DNA of 64,000 bases, from NCBI RefSeq assembly GCF_009914755.1, contig NC_060934.1; one strand, written 5' to 3'. The DNA comes from the human T2T-CHM13v2.0 reference genome, Homo sapiens. Position numbers and translations under genes: made by a program. Below, one piece after another: positions 14,977 through 28,760 of this stretch (position 1 is its first letter; each line of letters opens with the position of its first letter). Below the pieces are notes generated by a model. That model did not search any database, was not told the DNA's origin, and saw only the letters and a list, made by a program, of their open reading frames with translations.

Positions 14977-15185
14977 AGGGGTTGGCAACTGGCCCACGGG
15001 CCAAATCCAGCCCATCACCTGTGTTTGTAACTAAAGTTTTATTGGAACATAGCCACATTAATTCCTTTACATATTGTCTATGGCCGCCTGTGCACTACAA
15101 CTGCAGAGCTAAGTAGCTGCAGAAGATATGATCCACAAAGCTGAAAATATTCACTATCTGGCCCTCGACAGAAAAGTCCCACTCC
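14977..15185 (+). mobile_element. MER58A-like hAT DNA transposon
   Basis: AGGGGTTGGCAAC...GGCCCACGGGCCAAATCCAGCC...AAAGTTTTATTGGAACATAGCC. Confidence 0.8.
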
Positions 15186-15696
15186 AGACTAAATCAAATG
15201 ACTACACAGGCATCACCCAGACAGAGAAACCACCACCCTCTGACTTGCTCTAAAAGGCAACCATAAGACAAGGCCACTAGGATATAAACATCCATTTTAA
15301 GAATTCTAATGCATGAGAAGTAACTCAGAAAAGGCTGGGTCTAACCTGGCCCTTACCTAAGAAATCCTAATTTAAAGAAATGAAGTTTTCTGTAATGTAT
15401 TTTTAAGCCAAATAACAGGTCTCTGACATCCAAAGAATGGGAAGAAAGTGATAATCAATGAAATATATTAAATACGTACAGAAAACCAACCTCTTCTTTC
15501 AATCTCCTCACAGAAAAAAAAAAAAAATCTTTTTTTGCTGGGAAGTATACAATGGAAACCTCTAACTTGTATGTTAATTTGTATAACTCAATTGCTCAGA
15601 AATATTTGAAATAGCTACCAGTTTAGAATTAAGTAAAAAAACAGAAAGATTATGATGAATGGTAGTCTATAAGAAAATATAAGCAGATAAGACCAA

Positions 15697-16003
15697 TTTT
15701 TTTTTTTTTTTTTTTTTTTGAGACAGAGTCTCGCTCTGTTGCCCAGGCTGGAGTGCAGTGGCTTGATCTCGGCTCAGCGCAAGCTCCGCCCCCCGGATTC
15801 ATGCCATTCTTCTGCCTCAGCCTCCTGAGTAGCTGGGACTACAGGCACCCACCACCACACCCGGCTAGTTTTTTTTGTATTTTTTTAGTAGAGACGGGGT
15901 TTCACAGTGTTCACCAGGATGGTCTCGATCTCCTGACCCCGTGATCTGCCTGCCTTGGCCTCCGAAGTGCTGGGATTACAGGCGTGAGCCACCGCACCTG
16001 GCC
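15697..16003 (-). mobile_element. Young Alu (AluY/Sc-like) with TSD AAGACCAATTTTT
   Basis: Long poly-T; TSD copies at 15689 and 16004. Confidence 0.95.
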
Positions 16004-16899
16004 AAGACCAATTTTTAAAATTTAAGACACTTCAAAGATGCAAAATAATTTCAGAACTGATTCCTGGAAACTTGTAATTTTAATACTAAAGATAGTTCTG
16101 TTTCTATCTTTCCATGGATAACTAAAAATAACACAAAATGGAAACAGAAATGCCCATCCTTGATTAAACTAGGAAACATTCAAAACCCAAAACCACAGAA
16201 TATATGAAGTTGGGCTTGTAGGAAAGCACAGCTGCCACTGCAGACCAAGGCAGCAAGCAGAGCTCTCCAGCAACACTGGACCAGCTCAAAGAACAGGTGG
16301 AATATCCTCACACCACATCTGATGCCAGAGTGCCAAGGGACAAGCAGCTGGTTGTAGGGTCAGGAATAAAAGGGAGCAAACAGTCCCTCAGCTGCCAATC
16401 TTTGCCATCTAAGCCAGTGTCACTCCCCTAATCCACACACGCACGTACACACCCAAATCCACGTACTGTGTGTGCCTCTGCTGTACTCAGGAGGCTTTGA
16501 CAACCCAGAGCAGAGCAATCAACATAAGCTAGACTAAATAAATTATGGTGCATCCACAGAATGGAATGTTATATTAAAAAGAAGGAGGCAGAGCTACAGT
16601 ACTTACTGATTATACACCTTCAAGATATATTACATGAAAAAAGCAAAGCATAGAACAGTGTATAAAATAAGCTACCGTTTGTGTTTTTAAAGGGTGGCAT
16701 GTGTGTTTATATGTATCTGGAAGGATATACATATACATATACATATATATAAAGGTCTGCAGGGACCTGAGAGACCAGAGGTTACAGCAAGGAAAGAGAA
16801 AATGCGCATTGTGTGTACCGTGCATTACAGTTAGAGTGCTTTACCAAATGTGTGTGCTCCTTTTGAAAATCTTAAGATTTACATAGGCATCTCTCTCAA

Positions 16900-17225
16900 T
16901 GATGGTTAAGAGGCTGGGAAGGGGAGCAGGGAGGGAGGGACAAAGAGGGAAAGGTTAACAGGTACAAAAACACAGTTAGATAGAATAAATTCTAGTGTCC
17001 AACAGCACAATAGGGTGACTATAATTTATTATATAATTCAGAATAACTAAAAGAATGAAATTAAAATGTTCCTAACACAAATAAATGATAAATGTTTGAA
17101 GTGACGGATCTCTGAATTACCCTGATTTGATCATCACACATTGTATGCTTCTATCAAAATACTACATGTACCCCATAAATATGTACAACTATTATGTATC
17201 CATAATAACTAAAACTAAAAAAATG
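16900..17225 (+). mobile_element. L1MA-like 3' end
   Basis: ...AATTACCCTGATTTGATCATCACACATTGTATG...ATGTACCCCATAAATATGTACAACT. Confidence 0.8.
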
Positions 17226-17602
17226 TAAATGCATCTCTTAATATGTATGTGTTTAAAATTAGAAACTTGCTACATTTTAAATAAAAGAGAAACAAATGAC
17301 TTCTATGAACTATTCAATCATTTCAAGTATACAAGTTTAGTAATCTTTACACAACTTTACATTAATTACACTTATTTTTACTAATAGTAGCATTACATGT
17401 TCAAAATTTGAATGTTATTTAGTTTTCTGACATTACAATGGCACAACTTTAAAATCTGTATTACTTTTTCCTTTATATTTTAGGAGTCTTCCTAGGCCAA
17501 AGTATAAAATCTGTAGCTCTAGCAAAAACTAAATAAAAATGAAAAAAACAAGGTATCTGTCACCCTACACCTCCTAATCAATATGGCTTATTTTTTTGCT
17601 AA

Positions 17603-17899
17603 TTTTTTTTTTTTTTTGAGACAGAATTTCACTCTTGTTGCCCAGGCTAGAGTGCAATGGCACGATCTCGCCTCACCGCAACCTCCATCTCCTGGGTTGA
17701 AGCGATTCTCCTGCCTCAGCCTCCTAAGTAACTGGGATTACAGGCATGCACCACCTCACCCGTCTAATTTTGTATTTTTAGTAGAGACGGGGTTTCTGCA
17801 TGTTGGTCAGGCTGGTCTCGAACTCCCGACCTCAGGTGATTCACCCACTTCGGTCTCCCAAAGTGCTGGGATTACAGGCATGAGCCACTGTGTCTGGCC
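17603..17899 (-). mobile_element. Alu (AluS-like)
   Basis: Antisense dimeric Alu. Confidence 0.95.
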
Positions 17900-18603
17900 T
17901 TTTTTTCTTTTTTTCTTTTTTTTGCTAATGTAAAAGATCATAGAATATCAGAGATAGTGAACATTATCATTTCCATAAATGTACATTTTCCACACGCTGA
18001 GTACTATCTAAATTTTCTATTGATAAACTCTGACCACTTCTTCAGGCAATTCATGTACTTACTTTAGCATTATCATTAAGGATGAAGGTTCTAGAACCAT
18101 CAGGAACAAGGGTCCCATCTTCACACAAGTTACTTAACTGCTGGGAGGCTCTATTTCATCTTATGTAAACTATAGATAATACCTACTCACCTCAAGGGTG
18201 TATCAAGGGTTTATGTAAGCTAAATTTGTAGAAAGCAGTTAGCACAGTGCCAGGAAGGATCCAAGAAGAAATGGTACTTACTATGATATATTTGTACATA
18301 TATATGTATGAATGTTAATGAGCTCTTATTAGCTGTGTTCATTAAAGGTTTTCTCCATCCTGTGATTTGCTTTTAGATTTTGGAACACATTTCATTGTGC
18401 ACATTCCATTTGTATTATTAATATGACAACATTTATTACTAATATTATTATCATCATCAATTCAATCACATCTACTATATCCCTGATAATGACCATGATC
18501 CTTTTAATAATCACAAAACTCTCTTCCCTTCATCACGGGGTAAATAACCTACCACAATGCTGTAAGTCTCCATCAGCACCCCAGGCTGCCCCTGCTCACT
18601 TAC

Positions 18604-18683
18604 CAGATCTGCTACTTTAGCCAGATCAATCATCATGTTAATGTCACACCCACATTCAATAATGGTGAGTCTGCGCTTTTTAC
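18604..18683 (-). pseudogene. BMS1P: BMS1P exon 4 (open frame)
   Basis: GKKRRLTIIECGCDINMMIDLAKVADL|gtaagt, 80 nt. Confidence 0.96.
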
Positions 18684-19120
18684 CTATAAGTGAAAAGATG
18701 AAAATTTTACTTTAAAAAGACCCTGAAAAAACTCTAACCATCAACTCTTAATTTTCATTTTTTAATTGCATCCAGTAAAACACCACATACGTTTACAGGA
18801 GTGTACCAGAAGTTCATTTTTATAGGCAAAAACTGGTAAAATAAATTCCATCCTGTTTTTCTTCCTGTGTTCTAAATTTAGATAATATCAAAAGCCTACC
18901 CAGATGAATAAAAGTGCTCAAAACAGGGAAAATTCTGACTAGACAGGCTCCACGATAACCATGATCTTGCTGTTCAGCTGCAGGCCAATGTCTTCACCTC
19001 TATCAAAATTTCCTGTATTCCCACTATCGCTAAAAACATCCTCAAACATAATGCAACAGAATATTTACAATGATAATTATTTCTAAATTAAGGTAATAAG
19101 AAAATGATCAAGAAAATATT

Positions 19121-19462
<342 letters not shown>

Positions 19463-19956
19463 TCAATCCAACTATATTACTGCAATAATAAGAGATTTCA
19501 GAGTGTACATTGCCATTCTACCACTGGACGTTTGTTTCATCTTCCCTCAAACTTGGAAAGGTCACCATCTCCCAAAGCAGACAAATTCTCATAGGAAAAA
19601 GAGAAAACGCGCACTTCCACCAGCATGTGGCTTCATAAGGGCAAGCATGTGCACCTGGCACATAGGAGGTACGTGCTGTCTGTTAAATGGTGTGTTCGCA
19701 GTGACCAGGCCTGTCAGGCCCTTCCAAGGAACATGCTTGGCAAAGCCATAGAGCAGTCAGGATAAGGTATGTATCACATCCTTATCTCTGGGAACTTATC
19801 CTTTTATGAAGTTATAGCTAACTTAGTAAAAGTAAGAGAGAGGTAACATGATATGACAATATTTAACATGTTCCACTCAAGAAAACAACAAACACACGCA
19901 TGTCCCTCAGATGACAACAGCCACGCCAAGTCTGTGTCTGTGGCACCATCTCCTAC

Positions 19957-20146
19957 CTGACACGATCGTCACAGGGCCTCTGATCTCGGTGAACTTCTGC
20001 CAGGTGAAGTTCCGAATGAGGCATTATATCAAAGTGCTCTTTCCAACTTTGGAGGCCCCGTCACCACTACCGGTATTGGTGGCGGCTCTAGTGGAGTTCC
20101 ATCAACCACTGGAATATGATGCTTTTGTGTCTTCAAATCCAGAGTC
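19957..20146 (-). pseudogene. BMS1P: BMS1P exon 3 (P-loop frameshift and stop)
   Basis: TLDLKTQKHHIPVVDGTPLEPPPIPVVVTGPP[-1]...KSTLI*CLIRNFTWQKFTEIRGPVTIVS. Confidence 0.95.
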
Positions 20147-20469
20147 CTATTTATTTAAAAAAGAAAAAAAAAGTAAACTCACTTTTAAAATAGAGTAAAA
20201 GGTATCAACCTTATAAGTAGACTTTTTTTTAGTATAATTACAGATATGAGTACTTTAGTATATTTTATAGAGAGTACAACAGACAATATAAAAATATAAG
20301 TAACTTGTCAATTATTAACTTCTGACCCCTATCCAAATCAATTGCTGTTCAATAAAGATGTAACAAGATGACTTCAATAGTATAGAGTTGAAAATTAAAC
20401 ACACCTTAAATCTGACTGCTTTATGAGTGATTTTTATAGTTTTTTAAAAACCAAAAGGTAAATACTGAG

Positions 20470-20660
20470 GCAGTGCATCATAACAGATAAGAGCAGAGGC
20501 TCTGGAGTTAAATTTGGCTCTCCGACTTACTGGTTGTATGATTGGAGGTAACTTGTTTTCTTGACCTCAGTTTTCTTGTCCATAAAATGAGGGCAAGAAT
20601 GATTCCTACTCTGGTAAGGCTGCTGGAAGGATTTAGTTGAATAACGTTTAAAGTACACTG
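20470..20660 (+). mobile_element. MIR-like SINE
   Basis: GCTCTGGAG...CCTCAGTTTTCTTGTCCATAAAATGAGGG core. Confidence 0.6.
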
Positions 20661-21042
20661 CTAAGAATATCATAAGGACTCACTAAATAAAGCTATGTTA
20701 GTATTACATATTGTAATTTTTGTATTTTATATTACAACTTTGTAAAACATATCCAGAGGGAAAAAGCACACTTATCACCATAGAAACAGTTTAAAGTTTA
20801 GGAAGAATCAAATTCTATAAATTCTTGTATCTTGGGCAAGAAACGCCAACCAGTGTGCAGATGCTGGAGGCAAGGCAGCTTCTATGGCAAGTCTTCTCAC
20901 GTTTTAGTAAAAGCCACACAGCATGCATCTCCATGTCCTTTGGAGCTGGACTAGACTTGTGAATCCAAATGTCACCTGTGAGAGGCTCCTAACTATTTAA
21001 AAAGATTCAATGGAAGAACCATCAGACTGTAGCTAAACACAC

Positions 21043-21251
21043 CTGTGAAAGGATCGAGACATCCACACAGCAGACTGAACTGCAAAAGCATTGGCATTTC
21101 TCTTCTGGGCATTTTCTTAGTCTCCTAGCTGGAGATCCTGCAGATGCCACTTCTTTTTCTTTGCAGCTTTGGGTCCACCGTTTTTCTTTCTGTGTTTCTT
21201 CTGGTCCTTAGTCTCCATAGTGGCTATTTACCAATAACAAGTAACTCTAAC
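21043..21251 (-). pseudogene. BMS1P: BMS1P exon 2 (native ATG, premature stop)
   Basis: ATG at 21218; METKDQKKHRKKNGGPKAAKKKKWHLQDLQLGD*. Confidence 0.96.
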
Positions 21252-21514
21252 CTACAAGGAAGAAGGTTGGGGTAAGGAGGTGGGAGAAGCATTTTACAAT
21301 CCAGGCAATACCCAGGGAAAAACATTAAATTTCATTTATTTCTTTATGAAGACATGATGTATTTGTTCACTGAACAAGGGTAGAAACTGCTTAACCATCC
21401 CCAATTTCATTTCTCTCTGTTATGCTATAAATTAGATGAGTTACCTCTGCTAAGGTTACATTCTATGGTTAAGTTACTTTTTATTCATCTCAAGTGTCAA
21501 CATCACCAGTACCT

Positions 21515-21680
21515 ATTTCTGCAAGGATGGAAATATTCTATATCTGTACTTTTCAGCCATTTAGCCATTAGCCACATGTGGTTACTTAAAATGTACTTCA
21601 GAGAAACTGAAAAAATGAATTCTTAATTAATTTCATTCTAACTCTAAATAGTCACATGTGGCTACCATACTGGACAGCTC
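21515..21680 (+). mobile_element. MER3/MER33-like DNA transposon
   Basis: TTCTGCAAGGATGGAAATATTCTATATCTG...TAGCCACATGTGG...CACATGTGGCTACCATACTGGACAGC. Confidence 0.7.
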
Positions 21681-23288
21681 AGACCTAGACATCGACTGGA
21701 CTAACGAAGTGGTTTCCTAACTTAAACCAGAACTTAAATTTCAATAAAAAATTTAAAACGTTTTTATGAACTTCCAATAGGATCGCAGTATTACTTTTAG
21801 TACCTGTTGACTCTAAAACTTCTAAATTACAGCTCATCTACATACATTTGAAAAATAGCAATATCTGTATGTGTGAGATATGACTGGTTTTAGATGATGC
21901 CTGGAGACCCCATGGACTTACAGAGACCCTTCCAGTGATTTCTGAGGTACCTGGGAATCTGTGGCCAATAAATTGGTAGTCACTGAATCTGTGAGTTTTT
22001 TTGGAATATCGGGCTGCATAAAATCTGACAGCTTGATTGAGAAAAAGCGGGGCAGGGTACCATTTCATTCAGTTAAGGTCCTGTATTCATTCCGTTTAAT
22101 AAATGTTTGTGTCTGTCTATGATGTGCTAGCCACTGTGCCAGAAAATGGATATAGCTATGGTCTGATTGGCAGAGGAAATCCAAACTAGTATCTTCCGTG
22201 CCATGCAATAAGGGCTACATTGCAAGGCTGCAGAGGGTGCTACTGGAGCACAGAAGTGAGTCAGAGGCTTCTCACAGACACACACACGAGCGGAAACAGA
22301 AAGTCTTTATATATCACCATATGTCAAGGAACACTGGCCGGGAGTTAGGAGAGCTGGGCACTAGGAACGCTTTGAAACTGAATAGCTGTGTGATTTCAGA
22401 GGTTATATTGCTTCTCTACTATATTTTACTGCCGAACTTGTACTGTTTCTCTCCCTTTTCTTCTTGGTGGGAAAAGCACAATTTGGGGTCAACAGATTCG
22501 GCTCAGGTCTAAGTCGCCTGCCGGGACCACGTCGCCAGGAAACGACGTCTCCCCGACACCTTCCCTCCCAGTCCGGGCTCTCTGCAGGGATTCATCCCGT
22601 CACTCTCCCAACGACCCCCGGGCACACCTCAGGCAGATGCGAAATATGCCGCTCCTCGGGAGCAAAGATGACCCGGAGGACCGGGGGAGGACCTTCCCAT
22701 GCGCACGACTCGCGATCTTCCCAGTGCCCCAGAGCCACGGACCCAACCGCCGCCTACCCCAGCCCGCGGCACCAAACCTGTTCACAACTGCGACTCCTTA
22801 GGTCCGCTTGGACACCGCCGGAAACGGAAATTCACCCTCGCGCCGACTCGCCGGAGGGAAACAAAAAGGCAGAAAAAAAGGGACCGCCGCCTGGATGACT
22901 TTCAGGGGACAGCTGGAAGAAAGACTCGTCAACGGCCGAGTGCTGGCGCCGGCGCCGTCTGCGCAGTGCGTTCCACCGGGTCCGCGTCCCTCCCGATTCA
23001 GCCCCACCCCGCCCTCGGAATCCGCTGCCTCAGCTCCTGCTGTGGCACTCCCCAGCAGCTTGCACCTCGCTCGCGGAGTCCTTGCTGAAGGCCAGGGCAG
23101 CTGTGCGGCCTGGCGCGGGTTACTTGATGCCGTGCAAAAGCCAGGAGACACATTTGGTTCTGGCCGCCCCGGAGTCACCGTGCCCGGGGCGAATGGACTA
23201 TGGCTGGATTGGGAGTCCACTTCCTCCTCTGTAAAGATGACAGACGAGGGAGATCTCGCGTTCTGGGGGTGCCCTATAGCCCTCTTTT

Positions 23289-23698
<410 letters not shown>

Positions 23699-26216
23699 CT
23701 AAACTGCCTCGCCTTCCCTGCTCCCGGGAAAGGGGCTTTCCCTGAGGGAAGGTAGCATCTTGCCATTTTCTTCCTGCACAGCTTTGCCTTCCCAGGGATC
23801 CACCCATTGCCACCTGAGGAAATGCCTTGGAGCCCATCTAATCCCCAGCCCAGCTACTTGGGACGCCTACAGAGACTACATTGTCAGAGGATGCATCTTC
23901 CTCTAGTCTTGGAGGGTTTCTTTTCAATATGATCCCACCGGTGCATGCAAGGCTCAATTCTACATCAAAAAACTAGGCCCACTCCTGTCACCGAGACCCC
24001 CAGGCTTCAGGTCCTGTCACAGTGACCTTGTTATCACCCCCAGCAGCCCCCAGGTATTCACTCTGCATAGGCTATATACTGGGTGCTGCACTAGGGAGGC
24101 TACCTACGTGGCGCATGCTTCCCTTATCCCTGAAGAGCTTAGGATGTTGTAACTTCTTCACACTAGGCCTCTTACTTCTTGGAGATGTCAGTAGCCGGGT
24201 AAATAATCTTTCTAACATCCTTTTGGTCTCATGAAGCCCATTCTTGTCCTCTGCCCTACCTCAGCTTCCCCCTCCCTCCATGATCAGACCTTAGACCTTG
24301 TCAGGTCCAAGGACTGCAACCCTCACAGTATCCCACTCTGACCACCACCTCCTATCTAGAGCAATGGAGAGACTTTGTAGGTGAAAGCTGTCTTTGCTAC
24401 TGGTTCTCCTATGCTCCCTCGCCTGGCTCCTGCAGGCGGTTGACTTCACCAGGGACACAGTGGCCAGTGCCCAGCAGGTCCCACTCCTCTCACCAGCTCC
24501 AGGCAGTTTTATTATAGAGTAACTCTTCTGAGACACCGCTCCTTTCCCCAGCACCTAAGGAAGTATTTCTAGTAAGTTCCAGTGGTATAGCATCGGTGAC
24601 TCTCCTGACAAGCAGAGGGCCATGGCTGGGTTCCTCTGATGAGGTGCAGGGGCAGGGCACTAAGAGGGGAGGACTCTCCTGAGTTCTCTACCTGAGCCCT
24701 AGACTAGTAGCTGCTCCTCCTATACTTCCTACTAGTCTGTGCCTGGTTACTCCACTTCCCTGTTGCAATTAACAATTCCCTAGGTACACTTTTCCTGTTC
24801 AAATGACTGTGTGGCTTCTCTTTCCTAATCGGACTCTGACCAATACGCTATCATTTGCCAACAACTCCCAAAGTTTTATCAGTGACTCAGACCTCTAACC
24901 TGAACTCCAGCTGCCTCCATGACATATCCATTTGGATGTTTAATGGACATTTCCAAAGTGATATGCCCTACAGAACTCAGAATCTTCCCTCTCAAACCAA
25001 CTGCTCAGCAGTCTTATGATCTTAGTTGATGGCAATTCAGAAGTGAATTGCAGGACACCCGGTTTGTATCTGCAGAGAGAACTGGAGAACTGCTTAGTGT
25101 GGAAAACCCACACATTTGGTTTCAGAAGTGTGTGAGTAGAAACAGTTTTCCTTTTATGTTTGTTGGATGGATAATGATGAACCTAGCAGGACACAGAAAG
25201 CTAGGCAGCAGTGGAACTGAGAATGAAGTTATACTTAATAGCAGAGAATGAAAAAGAAAAGACAGATAAAACATTTTGAAGAAAGGACAGTAATGTATTC
25301 CCAACAGGTAGGATTTACAGGATGGAGAGAAGAGGCAAAGATAACTACAAAATTTCTAGCCTGAGAGACTGGTAGAAAAAAAATGGTGGTATCAGGGACA
25401 GACAGGGGTTATTAAGAAAAAGGATTGGATTTTTAAAATAAAGAAGATCTGGTGTAAAATTATCCTCAGGAAAACTGGAAAACTAGGCATGTACTTCTCT
25501 CCATCATGCCCTTGCACAGTGCAGTCCTTCTGCCTGTCCATGCCTCGCCTCCCCCTCCCTAGGATTCCTCTTCCTCTCTTAAGACCCATCTCAAATATCA
25601 CCTAGACTTGTAAGTAATTTACATGAAACTGGATACCTGAGGTTTCAAGCCTTTATCCCTTTGAAAGTTTTTAATAACAAGTTACTGTTATCTTTTACTA
25701 AGTCCAAGTTTATATTCGCCATTTTAACTAGCATCATTTCCGTTTCCAAGAGGTATTTGGTGTGAAAGTGCAACTAAGTTTACTGTTAATCAAGATCAGA
25801 ATAAAAGAATCTACCAAAAAAATTAACAAGATCCCCCTTTTAATGCATAATCTTCCATCCATCAGGCTGTAAGTTAAATACCTAACATAAAAGAAAGCTG
25901 TATGTTTTATGGATATGTACATATATAACTGCAGGGAATATGATTTGGAAGGATATACACTTAGAGAAGACTGGGGTCACAAGTGGTAGTCAAGGGAGTC
26001 TTCAGCTTTCTTTTTGTATTTCAATTTTGACAGAAATACATACATATGTATTATAATTTTAAATTTTTAATGAAAAAAAGTATTTTTCCTTTTTTTTCTT
26101 GATCTGTCACTACATTATATTTTTCCAATATCAGCTAAACATTTGCTTCCCAGAAAGCTTAGTTGTCTTTTCAAAATTTATTCAGGTTAAAATAAAAGAT
26201 TTAGACAATGAATTAA

Positions 26217-26626
<410 letters not shown>

Positions 26627-27827
26627 TAGCTCCTATATGCAGTGCTCCTTCCCCATGCTGAATGTCTGAATTTTTATCTGAGACATAGTATTTCAGATGG
26701 TCATTACTTACGGGTGGTCATTAATAGTTCCTCCCTGCTTCTAACCTTCCTCTCCTCATTTTAAATTAAGTTACGCTACATTATTGTGGATTAGAAAGTA
26801 CATTAATATTAAGTGAAAAAATATGATCTGATGAGTAAGTGGCAAGAGTGTTAACGTATGAATATTAAGAGTTGTTCTGAGGCCTTTTTGCTTTTCTGGG
26901 GGTTCTGTGCTTGTGGTAGAACTCTTGGTTATTTTATAAATAGTTGCTGAAAAGTGAGAGAGTACAGCTGGAAATCAGATTTCTGATGAATAAATCAAAC
27001 CCTATTAAGAGAACCAGGTTGAAGTAATTTTAAAACCATTTGGATTTTCATAAATGTTTTGTTAATGATTAATTATAAAAAAAAAACAGTGACTCTAGCT
27101 GGAGGCTTTTGTGTGTTTGCTTTTGAGTCAGCTAGGAAAAGGAAGAAAAATTCAAGCTTAGTCAATTGTGGTTTTCACTGAATCTTTTTTAAAGTAATGA
27201 GCTGGTTTGTTTTCTTCATCACTGTAGCAACTTAAGCTAGTTTCTGCTTTTGATTTTTATTTCTCCTAGAGAAACTTAGCATGCACTGCTCATTAGACTT
27301 GAGCATACTAAGGAATATCTGTGGTAATTAAGTTAAAAATCAGATCAGTGCTTTGTGCTGTGTATAGTTGCAGATGTCTGCATTTCACTAATATTCTTTG
27401 GAAACATCTGGATACCAGTTAACATAAAATAACTGTTTAGTTGGTTTCTGTTCAGAATAGAAGGAATGATTTAAAAGTTCCCATTGTAGTACATACGTCA
27501 TTCTGTCCCTAGCCCTTCCTCCAGCTTTACTGAGATAGATAAATAATAAACGTCATGGGTGGTGTGTCTTCAGTTTCCTCTGGTGAGCTGGATGCACAGA
27601 TTACTTTGTCAGCAGGGTGGCCTTGATTTTTAGGCCATGTGTCTAATGGCATCAGCTCTGTGGCCGACACCTGTGTACCGAGCCCATTCACTATCTAGCT
27701 TAGCCAGCCGTGGACTCCTGCTCTTTGTTAAAAGTATTTACCTTCATTCCTACTAGCACAGTTGACCAAAGACTCAGTTGATCCCAGACACTAGTAATGC
27801 ATCAATGGAGTCTAACAGGGTTTTAAG

Positions 27828-27828
<1 letters not shown>

Positions 27829-27872
<44 letters not shown>

Positions 27873-27985
27873 AATGGGATCTCACTATTGTTGTCCAGGC
27901 TGGTCTTGCACACCTGAGCTCAAGTTCTCCTGCCTCAGCCTCCCAATGTGCTAGGACTACAGGCATGAGCCACCATGCCTAACCC
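27829..27985 (-). repeat. (TG)n microsatellite (27829-27869) at the tail of an Alu monomer (FLAM-like)
   Basis: TG run followed by antisense Alu left-arm sequence. Confidence 0.9.
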
Positions 27986-28437
27986 TCTAAGACTTTGGGA
28001 TACAAAAATATAATTTACTTTCCTCCATTTCTGGAATAAAACATCTCTTCCTTCCTCCCCCTAGTTTCTGTTCTGTGCCCCTGTTTGATCTCTGTTGGTC
28101 CTGTTCACCTTCAGCCTTCTCTGCTGAAGGAGGAAAGGCTTGGTTTTATAAAAAGTGACAATATTCAGACCACATAAGATCCTTCTTGCTTCATTTTGGA
28201 TTAAATATTTTAAGATTTTCTGATTTTCTTGTATGCATATGTATTTACCTATTATTTGACTTTATTGAATAACTTCAAATTGAGTATATTTGAATGGGAA
28301 TGGGCATTAAAAAGGGCTAAGCTTTCCCTGCCTTTCAGAACTTTGTATGTATATGTCACATCATTTTGTCCTTCACATTCTCCAGTTGTGCTATTTTTTC
28401 CCAATCCATTAAGTAGAGTAACTTCCTTTTTGGAGTC

Positions 28438-28760
<323 letters not shown>
